Below are positions 19,980 through 28,661 of a DNA stretch of 64,000 nt, one piece after another (position 1 is the stretch's first letter; every line of letters begins with the position of its first letter). Below the pieces are notes generated by a model that had not been told where the DNA came from, did not search any database, and worked only from the letters and a program-made list of their open reading frames with translations. This DNA comes from Longimicrobiales bacterium (GTDB taxonomy: Bacteria; Gemmatimonadota; Gemmatimonadetes; Longimicrobiales; RSA9). The position numbers and the translations under genes are program-made. The stretch is from the NCBI GenBank assembly GCA_035764935.1, contig DASTYK010000162.1, forward strand, positions 6,207-70,206. Reading direction: 5' to 3'.

Positions 19980-21818
19980 ATGTGTGGCATTGTCGGCTAT
20001 ATCGGTGAGCGCACGGCTGCGCCGCTGCTGATCGAGGGGCTTCGTCGACTGGAGTACCGGGGGTACGACTCGGCGGGCATCAGTGTGCTCGTGGACGGGA
20101 AGCTCGACATCCGCAAGTCGGTGGGAAAGATCTCGGAGCTGGAGAAGCGGCTGGAGAACGGGAGCCAGCCGACCGGCACGATCGGGATCGCGCACACGCG
20201 CTGGGCGACGCACGGTGCGCCGACGGAGGTGAACGCACACCCGCACGTGGACGAGAAGTCGGAGTTCGCAGTCGTCCACAACGGCATCATCGAGAACGCG
20301 GGCACGCTCCGGCGCAAGCTGGAGGCGATCGGTCACACGTTCACGAGTGAGACGGACACGGAAGTGATCGTCCACCTGATCGAGGAAGCGTACGAGGATT
20401 CGCTGGAGGAGGCGGTGCGGGCGGCCCTGCAGCAGGTGGAGGGTGCGTACGGCCTGGCGATCATGAGCAGCCGTGATCCGGACAAGCTGGTCGCGGCGCG
20501 CAAGGGCAGTCCGCTGCTGATCGGTGTCGGCGAGGAGAACGACTACTACATCGCGAGCGACGTCGCTGCAGTGCTGGCGCAGACGCGCCAGGTGATCTAC
20601 CTCGACGACGGCGAGATGGCGGTACTGACGCCGGAGGGCCACCGCACGATGAAGCTGAGCGGCGGCGAGGTGACGAAGGAGATCGCGCACATCCAGTGGG
20701 ACCTGGACGCCATTGAAAAGGGCGGCCACGACCACTTCATGCTGAAGGAGATCTTCGAGCAGCCGGAGACGCTCCGTCAGACGATGCGGGGTCGGGCGAT
20801 CGAGAAGGACGGCACGGTCAAGTTCGGCGGGCTGAACATGGAGGACGAGAAGCTCGCTTCCTTCCAGCGCATCATCATCACGGCATGCGGCACCTCGTGG
20901 CATTCGGGGCTGATCGGCGAGTACATGCTGGAGGAGTTCGCGCGGATCCCGGTCGACGTCGAGTACGCCTCCGAGTTCCGGTATCGGAACCCGTTTGTCG
21001 ACGACAGGACGCTGGTGCTCGCGATCAGCCAGTCGGGCGAGACGGCGGACACTTTGGCGGCGATGCGCGAGGCGCGGGAGCGGGGCGCGACGGTGCTGGG
21101 GATCATCAACGTCGTAGGGTCCACGATTGCACGCGACGCGCAGGGCGGCATCTACCTGCACGCGGGCCCGGAGATCGGCGTTGCGTCGACCAAGGCGTTC
21201 ACGAGCCAGGTCATCGCGCTCGCGCTGTTCACGGTGCGCATGGCGCGCATCCGGGGCACCATGACCGCCGAGGAGGGTCGCGAGATTCTGCAGGCGATGG
21301 AGCAGCTGCCGGAGAAGGTGGAGCAGGTGCTGGAGCTGAACGACGCGATCCGGGAGCTGGCGCGTACATACAAGGACGCGACGAACTTCCTGTATCTCGG
21401 CCGCGGCTACAACTACCCGACGGCGCTCGAGGGCGCGCTGAAGCTGAAGGAGATCAGCTACATCCACGCCGAAGGGCTCCCGGCCGCGGAGATGAAGCAT
21501 GGTCCGATCGCGCTGATCGACGAGAACATGCCGGTCGTGGTGATCGCTCCGCGCGACGCGGTCTACCAGAAGGTGCTGAGCAACATCCAGGAAGTGAAGG
21601 CACGCCACGGCCGCATCATCGCGGTGACGACGGACGGCAACAACGGCGAGCTGTCGGGGATGGTGGATCACCTGATTCCGGTGCCGCCGACGATCGACAT
21701 GCTGACGCCGGTCCTCACGACGGTGCCGCTGCAGCTCCTGGCCTACCACGTCGCGGTCATGCGTGGCTGCAACGTGGACATGCCGCGCAACCTGGCGAAG
21801 TCGGTCACGGTAGAGTAG
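19980..21818 (+). CDS. glmS: Glutamine-fructose-6-phosphate aminotransferase
   Basis: MCGIVGYIG (N-terminal catalytic Cys), tandem SIS domains, and the canonical C-terminal NLAKSVTVE. Confidence 0.95.
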   Translation: MCGIVGYIGERTAAPLLIEGLRRLEYRGYDSAGISVLVDGKLDIRKSVGKISELEKRLENGSQPTGTIGIAHTRWATHGAPTEVNAHPHVDEKSEFAVVHNGIIENAGTLRRKLEAIGHTFTSETDTEVIVHLIEEAYEDSLEEAVRAALQQVEGAYGLAIMSSRDPDKLVAARKGSPLLIGVGEENDYYIASDVAAVLAQTRQVIYLDDGEMAVLTPEGHRTMKLSGGEVTKEIAHIQWDLDAIEKGGHDHFMLKEIFEQPETLRQTMRGRAIEKDGTVKFGGLNMEDEKLASFQRIIITACGTSWHSGLIGEYMLEEFARIPVDVEYASEFRYRNPFVDDRTLVLAISQSGETADTLAAMREARERGATVLGIINVVGSTIARDAQGGIYLHAGPEIGVASTKAFTSQVIALALFTVRMARIRGTMTAEEGREILQAMEQLPEKVEQVLELNDAIRELARTYKDATNFLYLGRGYNYPTALEGALKLKEISYIHAEGLPAAEMKHGPIALIDENMPVVVIAPRDAVYQKVLSNIQEVKARHGRIIAVTTDGNNGELSGMVDHLIPVPPTIDMLTPVLTTVPLQLLAYHVAVMRGCNVDMPRNLAKSVTVE

Positions 21819-22264
21819 TGCGAGTCGTCGTGCAGCGGGTCACGCGCGCGGAGGTGCGCGTGGCCGGCGAGGTGGTCGGGAGGATCGATCAGGGGCTGCT
21901 GTTGCTTGCCGGCTTCAACGCCAGTGACGACGAGGATACGCTCGCGTGGATGGCGGCCAAGATCCCGTCGCTTCGGATCTTCCGCGCGAGTGACGGCGAT
22001 TCTTCCTTTGAGCGCTCGCTGGCGGACGTGAACGGCGGGCTGCTCGTCGTCAGCCAGTTCACCCTGTACGGCGATGCCCGCAAGGGGCGGAGACCGAGCT
22101 TCATCGAAGCGGCGCCGCCGGCGGAAGCGGAGCGGCTCTACGAGCGTTTCATCGAGCTGCTTCGCGCGCAGACGTCCGGACCGGTCGAGACCGGCCGCTT
22201 CGGCACGATGATGGACGTCGAGCTGGTGAACGACGGACCTGTCACACTCCTGCTCGAGCGATGA
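21818..22264 (+). CDS. dtd: D-aminoacyl-tRNA deacylase
   Basis: The GTG start overlaps the last base of the glmS TAG. Motifs: VRVVVQRVTRAEVRV...GLLLLAGF...LVVSQFTLYGD...GRRPSF...; 148 aa. Confidence 0.85.
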   Translation: MRVVVQRVTRAEVRVAGEVVGRIDQGLLLLAGFNASDDEDTLAWMAAKIPSLRIFRASDGDSSFERSLADVNGGLLVVSQFTLYGDARKGRRPSFIEAAPPAEAERLYERFIELLRAQTSGPVETGRFGTMMDVELVNDGPVTLLLER

Positions 22265-22890
22265 ACCCGCCGCTCGTCCTCGCCTCCCAGTCGCCGCGTC
22301 GTGCGCAACTGCTCCGTGCATTGCAGCTGACGTTCGACGTCGCGCCCGCCGACATCGACGAGACGTACGTACCGGGTGAGTCGCCATCCGCGCACGCGGA
22401 GCGGCTGGCGCGCGAGAAGGCGCTGACCGTTGCCCGGCAGCGGCCGGACGCACTCGTGGTCGGCAGCGACACGGTCGTGGTGGTCGACGGCATGGTGCTC
22501 GGCAAGCCGGGCGACGCCCGCGATGCCGTCGCGATGCTGATGCAGCTGCAGGGCAGGGCGCACGGCGTCGAGACCGGTATCGCGATAGCATACGAAGGGG
22601 AGCGTGTCGTCTCTGCAGTGGAGCGGGTGCATGTCGTGTTCCGGTCGTTCGACGAGCAGACTGCGAGCGACTATGTTGCGACCGGGGAGCCGATGGACAA
22701 GGCCGGGGCGTACGGCATCCAGGGGTTCGGCTCAACGCTGGTCGAGCGTATCGAAGGCGATTTCTTCGCGGTGATGGGCCTGCCCGTGGTCCGGATGCTG
22801 GGCCTGCTCGATCAGCTTGGCTGGCGCTATGCGTTCGGCGGGCTGCGGCGCGTCGCGGCCGCGGGTGTGGACGACCGGGAGGACGCATGA
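22261..22890 (+). CDS. maf: Maf-like nucleoside triphosphate pyrophosphatase
   Basis: 209-aa ORF. Motifs: LVLASQSPRRAQLL, GSDTVVVVDG, KAGAYGIQG. There is a 4-nt overlap with dtd. Confidence 0.85.
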   Translation: MNPPLVLASQSPRRAQLLRALQLTFDVAPADIDETYVPGESPSAHAERLAREKALTVARQRPDALVVGSDTVVVVDGMVLGKPGDARDAVAMLMQLQGRAHGVETGIAIAYEGERVVSAVERVHVVFRSFDEQTASDYVATGEPMDKAGAYGIQGFGSTLVERIEGDFFAVMGLPVVRMLGLLDQLGWRYAFGGLRRVAAAGVDDREDA

Positions 22891-24383
22891 AGGCGGTGCT
22901 CGCGATCGACCAGGGGACAACGGGCTCGACCTGCCTGATCATCGATGAGGCGGGCCACGTTCGTGCGCGCGCCTACTCGGAGTTCCAGCAGCACTACCCG
23001 CGACCCGGCTGGGTCGAGCACGACCCGGACGAGATCTGGCGGGTGACGGCTCAGCAGGCACGTGTGGCGCTGGAAACGGGTCGTCGCGAGAAGCTCGACG
23101 TCGTCGGAATCGGGATCACGAACCAGCGCGAAACGACCGTGGTCTGGGACCGGGCCAGCGGCAAGCCGTTGCACCGGGCGATCGTGTGGCAGGACCGGCG
23201 CACGGCAGCGCGCTGCCGTGCGCTGAAGCAGGAGGGCAGGGAGGCATGGGTCCGCGAGCGCACCGGCCTGGTGCTCGACCCGTATTTTTCCGGCACCAAG
23301 CTCGAGTGGATCCTGGAGAACGTCTCGCTCGCGCGGCGCCGTGCGGATGCCGGTGAGCTGGCGTTCGGCACGATCGACTCCTGGCTGATCTGGAAGCTGA
23401 CCGGCGGGGCGTCTCACGTCACCGAGCCGACCAACGCATCCCGCACGCTGCTCTACGACGTCGACAGACTGGGGTGGTCAGAGGAGCTGTGCGACCTGTT
23501 CGGTGTGCCGCTGAGCGTGCTGCCGGAGGTGCGCTCTTCGAGCGGCGGGTTCGGCGTCGCTGACGGAGCCCATATCGGCGCCGATCTCCCGATCCTTGGT
23601 GTGGCAGGCGACCAGCAGGCAGCGTTGTTCGGCCAGGGTTGCGTCACGCCAGGCCTGGCGAAGAACACGTACGGCACCGGCGCCTTCCTGCTGCTCAACA
23701 CCGGCGACAAGCGCGTCGACTCGAAGAACGGGCTGCTGACGACGGTCGCGTGCGACGCAACGGGGCAACCCGCGTACGCCCTGGAAGGCGCGATCTTCAT
23801 TGCGGGCGCGGCCGTGCAGTGGCTGCGTGACGAGCTGGGCGTGGTGGAGGACGCGGCCGAGACGGAAGCGCTCGCGCGTTCGCTGCAGTCGAACGACGGC
23901 GTCTACCTGGTTCCCGCGTTTGTCGGTCTCGGCGCGCCGCACTGGGAGGCCGAGGCGCGCGGCATGCTCGTAGGGCTGACACGCGGCAGTGGCCGGGCGC
24001 ACTTCGCACGCGCGGCGCTCGAGTCCATGGCGTATGCGACGTACGATGTGCTGCGCGCCATGGTAGAGGACTCCGGGCTGCTCGCGACCGAGCTGGCAGT
24101 GGACGGCGGTGCCACCCGCAACGACTGGCTCGTGCAGTTCCAGGCCGACCTGATCGGCGTTCCCGTACGACGGCCACAGATCGTTGACACGACCGCGATG
24201 GGCGCGGCGGGCCTGGCCGGCATCGCGGCGGGTGTGTGGCGGGACGCCCATGCGTTCCGCGAGGCGACGGAGGAGCCGGACGTGTTCACGCCGCGGCTGG
24301 ATCGCCAGGAGCGGGAAGCACTGCTGCGGGGCTGGCGGCGGGCGGTCAACGCCGCGCTCGCCTGGGCGCGGCACGAAGGATGA
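22887..24383 (+). CDS. glpK: Glycerol kinase
   Basis: 498-aa ORF. Motifs: AIDQGTTGSTCLI, GITNQRETTVVWD, GDQQAALFGQ, VDGGATRNDWLVQFQADL. Confidence 0.95.
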   Translation: MKAVLAIDQGTTGSTCLIIDEAGHVRARAYSEFQQHYPRPGWVEHDPDEIWRVTAQQARVALETGRREKLDVVGIGITNQRETTVVWDRASGKPLHRAIVWQDRRTAARCRALKQEGREAWVRERTGLVLDPYFSGTKLEWILENVSLARRRADAGELAFGTIDSWLIWKLTGGASHVTEPTNASRTLLYDVDRLGWSEELCDLFGVPLSVLPEVRSSSGGFGVADGAHIGADLPILGVAGDQQAALFGQGCVTPGLAKNTYGTGAFLLLNTGDKRVDSKNGLLTTVACDATGQPAYALEGAIFIAGAAVQWLRDELGVVEDAAETEALARSLQSNDGVYLVPAFVGLGAPHWEAEARGMLVGLTRGSGRAHFARAALESMAYATYDVLRAMVEDSGLLATELAVDGGATRNDWLVQFQADLIGVPVRRPQIVDTTAMGAAGLAGIAAGVWRDAHAFREATEEPDVFTPRLDRQEREALLRGWRRAVNAALAWARHEG

Positions 24384-24392
24384 CGACGTCGC

Positions 24393-24890
24393 ATGCAGAC
24401 CGCGCTAGTCGCACTCGTGCTCGCGCAGCTGGCGGTGGTGGAACCGTACACCGGAGCGGGTCCCCGAATGCCTGATCCGGCCACGACGCGGTGTGCTCCT
24501 GTCGAGTCGGGAGCGCCGGCGAGCGATGTCACCAGACCAATGGGCGCTCACACGCACACGGTATCGACCAGGTGCAGTTCCAGCGCCCGGCGGCCACACG
24601 TTCGCGGCATCGTCGGCGATCGCAATCCACGCGACGAGTGGTTCGCAGTGGACAAGGTGCAGCATTTCGCGATGGCTTACGGCACGGCAATGTTCGGGTA
24701 CGGTATGCTGCGCGGCGCCGGTGCCTCGCACGGCGACGCGCAGGCCGCTGCGCTCGCCGGCTCGCTCGCGGCAGGCCTGGGCAAGGAGCTGTTCGACCAG
24801 GCGCGCGGCGGACCGTTCTCCCTGAAGGACCTCACCTGGGACGCACTCGGCACACTCGCCGCGTGGGGACTGCTCTCACTGAACCGCTGA
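24393..24890 (+). CDS. Hypothetical small membrane/lipoprotein-like protein (C-terminal half resembles the YfiM/DUF2279 type)
   Basis: 165-aa ORF. The C-terminal segment is DEWFAVDKVQHFAMAYGTAMFGYG...GKELFD...FSLKDLTWDALGTLAAWGL. The N-terminal third has weaker third-position GC, so the start is uncertain. Confidence 0.45.
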   Translation: MQTALVALVLAQLAVVEPYTGAGPRMPDPATTRCAPVESGAPASDVTRPMGAHTHTVSTRCSSSARRPHVRGIVGDRNPRDEWFAVDKVQHFAMAYGTAMFGYGMLRGAGASHGDAQAAALAGSLAAGLGKELFDQARGGPFSLKDLTWDALGTLAAWGLLSLNR

Positions 24891-24919
24891 ACACCGACGA
24901 AGCCCGGAGATCCGTACCG

Positions 24920-25255
24920 ATGGAGACCTTCCTGATGATCGTGATCGGCCTCGTCGCCGTGGCCGCAGTGGCCTACCCGCTTCTGCGCCGCGGCAGCGGC
25001 ATGGATCCGCATCTCGATCCGGATCCGAGCATGATCGAGGCGACGGACGCCAGGAGTGCCGGTGCGGTCGGGCCGCCGGAGCTGGAGCGGGAGATCACGC
25101 AGTACCGGGAGGCACTGCGTGCGGGAACACTCTGCCCGAAGTGCAGCTTCGCGAACTCTGCGACGAGCCGGTTCTGCGCGGAGTGCGGCACGGAGCTGAA
25201 GCCGGCCGACGGAGCAGCCGACGGCTCTGCGGAGGCCGCACTGCCGCGGAGCTGA
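24920..25255 (+). CDS. Small membrane-anchored zinc-ribbon protein
   Basis: In-frame ATG gives METFLMIVIGLVAVAAVAYPLL (TM helix), then CPKCSFANSATSRFCAECGTEL (CxxC...CxxC ribbon). Confidence 0.55.
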   Translation: METFLMIVIGLVAVAAVAYPLLRRGSGMDPHLDPDPSMIEATDARSAGAVGPPELEREITQYREALRAGTLCPKCSFANSATSRFCAECGTELKPADGAADGSAEAALPRS

Positions 25256-25288
25256 CCCGGAGCAGGCGGGCGATCGATTGTCGAGCCA

Positions 25289-26875
25289 CTATGGCCGGTT
25301 CAGCGCGGCGAGAATTTCGGTGTCGCGCTCGTAGACGTCGGCATAGAAGTGCAGCTCACCGTGCAGGTCCATCGAGGCGGTCCAGTACAGGATCATGACC
25401 GGCAATGGTGCGCGCATCTCGATCGTGCGCGTACGACCGGCCGCGATCGCGCTTTCCAGACTTTCCACCATCCAGGCAGGATCATCGAGCGCGAGCGCGG
25501 CGAGCTCCACCGGCCGCTCGATGCGCACACATCCGTGACTGAAGAGCCTTTCTTCCCGGGCGAACAAGCCACGCGCCGGTGTGTCGTGCAGGTACACGTC
25601 GAACGGATTCGGGAAGAGCAGCTTGATCCGACCGAGCGCATTGGCCGGCCCGGGGTCCTGGCGGAACACGTAGGGAAAGCTGCGCCCCGTGTAGCTGGCG
25701 TACGAGATACTTGCGCGCGGCACCTCCCTGCCGCTCTGCGTGAACACACGGATGCCTTCGCGCGAGAGGTAGCTGGCGTCCCGGCGGATCGAGCTCAGTA
25801 CCTCCCCATTGATGCTGCGTGGAACCGTCCATGTCGGGTTGAGCTCGACCTGTGTCATTGTGGCCGTGAACACGGGGGTAGTGGTTGCCGTTTTGCCGAC
25901 GATCGCGCGGGTCTCGAAGACTACCTTCCCCCCATCGAGCACGTAGGCGCGCGCACCCGCGATGTTCACGACGATGAACCGTCGCGGGAGATCACGTGCG
26001 ATCCAGCGCGCACGTTCCAGGTTCACGCGCACCGCAGCGATGCGATCCTGGACGGGCACGTTCAGCGCGGCGCGCGTGCGCGGCCCGACAATGCCGTCCT
26101 CGTTCAAACCATGGCGATGCTGGAACCGGCGGACCGCCGCCTCCAGCTCGGCGTCGAAGAGCGGTGAGCCGGCTGCACTGTCCGTTGAAGTCAGATCACC
26201 CGAGAGGCGGAGGCGCGCGCGCAGCAGCGGAACGCGGATGTCGCTCGAGTCACGACGCAACGACGGCCCGGCCGGCAGGAGCTCCCAGCCGCCGCCTGCC
26301 TCGATTCCGCGCAACCGGGCCAGCGCATCACGGAGGCCCTGGTAGATGAAGTGCCGGGGACGGAGCGACGCGAGTGTGCCGCTGACGTCGCCGGATGAAA
26401 CGGTGCGTTGCAGCACGGGAAGCAGCTCATCGGGTCCCGCGGCTGGTGCCGCCGCGCGCGCTTCGGCCGTCGGGCGGCCGCGGCCGTTGCGCAGGTCGCG
26501 CGCGAGGCGGACCAGCGCATCCGTGCGCACGAGGTCGAGCAGCGGATCGTCGGTCGCGGATCCGGCGTCGAGCGCACGCACGTGGTAGTGGTCCGGGGTC
26601 AGGCCATCGTGCACGGCAGAACGGACTGCGATGCTCAGACTGGCGGCTGCATCCGTGCCCCAGATCGCCACGGTGTCCGACCCGTACAGCGAGAGCAGCT
26701 CAGGCGACGGCTCGACGCGCGCACCCTGCACGCGGATCGTGCGGCCCGCGCGCAGCTCCGCCAGGCTGCGCGCCAGCGATGCGGTCTGTGCATCCGCGGG
26801 CGCGCCGGGGGAGAAAGCCAGGAACGCGGTCAGGACGAGCGGCGCCTTTGCACCGATCATGGTTCCTCCTGTCAC
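25289..26875 (-). CDS. L,D-transpeptidase with a peptidoglycan-binding domain
   Basis: 528-aa ORF with a signal peptide. PG_binding_1-like motif is [24 protein letters not shown]. YkuD catalytic motif is YLHDTP...FSHGCVR. AGGAGG SD is present upstream. Confidence 0.85.
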   Translation of the reverse strand: MTGGTMIGAKAPLVLTAFLAFSPGAPADAQTASLARSLAELRAGRTIRVQGARVEPSPELLSLYGSDTVAIWGTDAAASLSIAVRSAVHDGLTPDHYHVRALDAGSATDDPLLDLVRTDALVRLARDLRNGRGRPTAEARAAAPAAGPDELLPVLQRTVSSGDVSGTLASLRPRHFIYQGLRDALARLRGIEAGGGWELLPAGPSLRRDSSDIRVPLLRARLRLSGDLTSTDSAAGSPLFDAELEAAVRRFQHRHGLNEDGIVGPRTRAALNVPVQDRIAAVRVNLERARWIARDLPRRFIVVNIAGARAYVLDGGKVVFETRAIVGKTATTTPVFTATMTQVELNPTWTVPRSINGEVLSSIRRDASYLSREGIRVFTQSGREVPRASISYASYTGRSFPYVFRQDPGPANALGRIKLLFPNPFDVYLHDTPARGLFAREERLFSHGCVRIERPVELAALALDDPAWMVESLESAIAAGRTRTIEMRAPLPVMILYWTASMDLHGELHFYADVYERDTEILAALNRP

Positions 26876-27175
26876 TCCCGTATGCTAAACTGCGGGGACG
26901 AGGCTGGTGTCGGGAAACACTGGATACTCCCGCGGAAATGCCGACAGCGAGCGGCGACGAGCGTCAACGGCCGGTTCAGCCATTCGGCCGCCCCGGAACG
27001 GAGCGAATCCTTCGGTTCGACCTGTCAACCCGAGGGAGGCCCCATGTCCAGCACGCTCCAGCGCAGCAGCCGTCTACGTCGCACATCGGCATTGCCCGAA
27101 GATCAGCCGAAAGGTATATTGCCGGCCGGATCGCTCGACGGCGACCCGGCAGCCCCTGAATCTCCTGGTGAGGAT

Positions 27176-28234
<1,059 letters not shown>

Positions 28235-28255
28235 CGGACGACTGCGCCGGAATCC

Positions 28256-28300
28256 GAAGAGGCGGGCCACTGTTGCGGGCTCCGCCTCTTCATCGTTTTC
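28256..28300. terminator. Bidirectional intrinsic-terminator-like hairpin between recA and a convergent small ORF
   Basis: There is a perfect 10-bp stem, GAAGAGGCGG (28256-28265) with CCGCCTCTTC (28282-28291). It is followed by ATCGTTTTC on the plus strand. Confidence 0.6.
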
Positions 28301-28408
28301 ATGGCCCGCCGGCCGTCGGGAGACCACAGCACCTCGGGCGGGCCATCGGTTCCGGGCGGCGCCTCATCGAGGCCGGAAGCCGGCCGGGGCGTGCGCAGGC
28401 GACTTCGC

Positions 28409-28609
28409 CTACCAGACACCCGCGCGGGCGAGGCCGCCCTCTGCAGCCGGCGAGGTCGGCACGGTCGCGGGAGCCCGGGCGCCCGCGACGGCGGAGGGCT
28501 CGCCTGAAGATGGAGCGCCGTCGGTCGCTGCTTCGCCGCAGGCGCAGGAGAGCACGGAGGCGAGCCCGATCACCGGTGTCCAGCCAGTGTGCCTCGTCCA
28601 GCCTTTCAT
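28409..28609 (-). CDS. Candidate small lipoprotein (66 aa), orphan
   Basis: MKGWTRHTGWTPVIGLASVLSCACGE... contains a lipobox-like VLSC. About 80% of codons end in G/C by my hand count, which is coding-like for this genome. It is convergent with recA and shares the hairpin at 28256-28291. I recognised no homology. Confidence 0.4.
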   Translation of the reverse strand: MKGWTRHTGWTPVIGLASVLSCACGEAATDGAPSSGEPSAVAGARAPATVPTSPAAEGGLARAGVW

Positions 28610-28661
28610 CGTTCTCTATATTCCCGGGTTCGGTCCGTACACACTGTCCAGACGACGACGC

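Noticed and set aside
27044-27175. Calling RecA from the upstream ATG at 27044 (396 aa).
   Set aside because: The extension has clearly lower third-position GC than the gene body, and RecA normally begins a few residues before DKQKAL. I kept it as an open question in findings rather than as the annotated start.
26876-27175. An SOS/LexA operator upstream of recA.
   Set aside because: I could not find a convincing match to the box types I know: CTGT-N8-ACAG, GAAC-N4-GTTC or GTTC-N7-GTTC. There are only weak partial palindromes, such as CGAATCC-TTC-GGTTCG near 27005-27025. I made no call.
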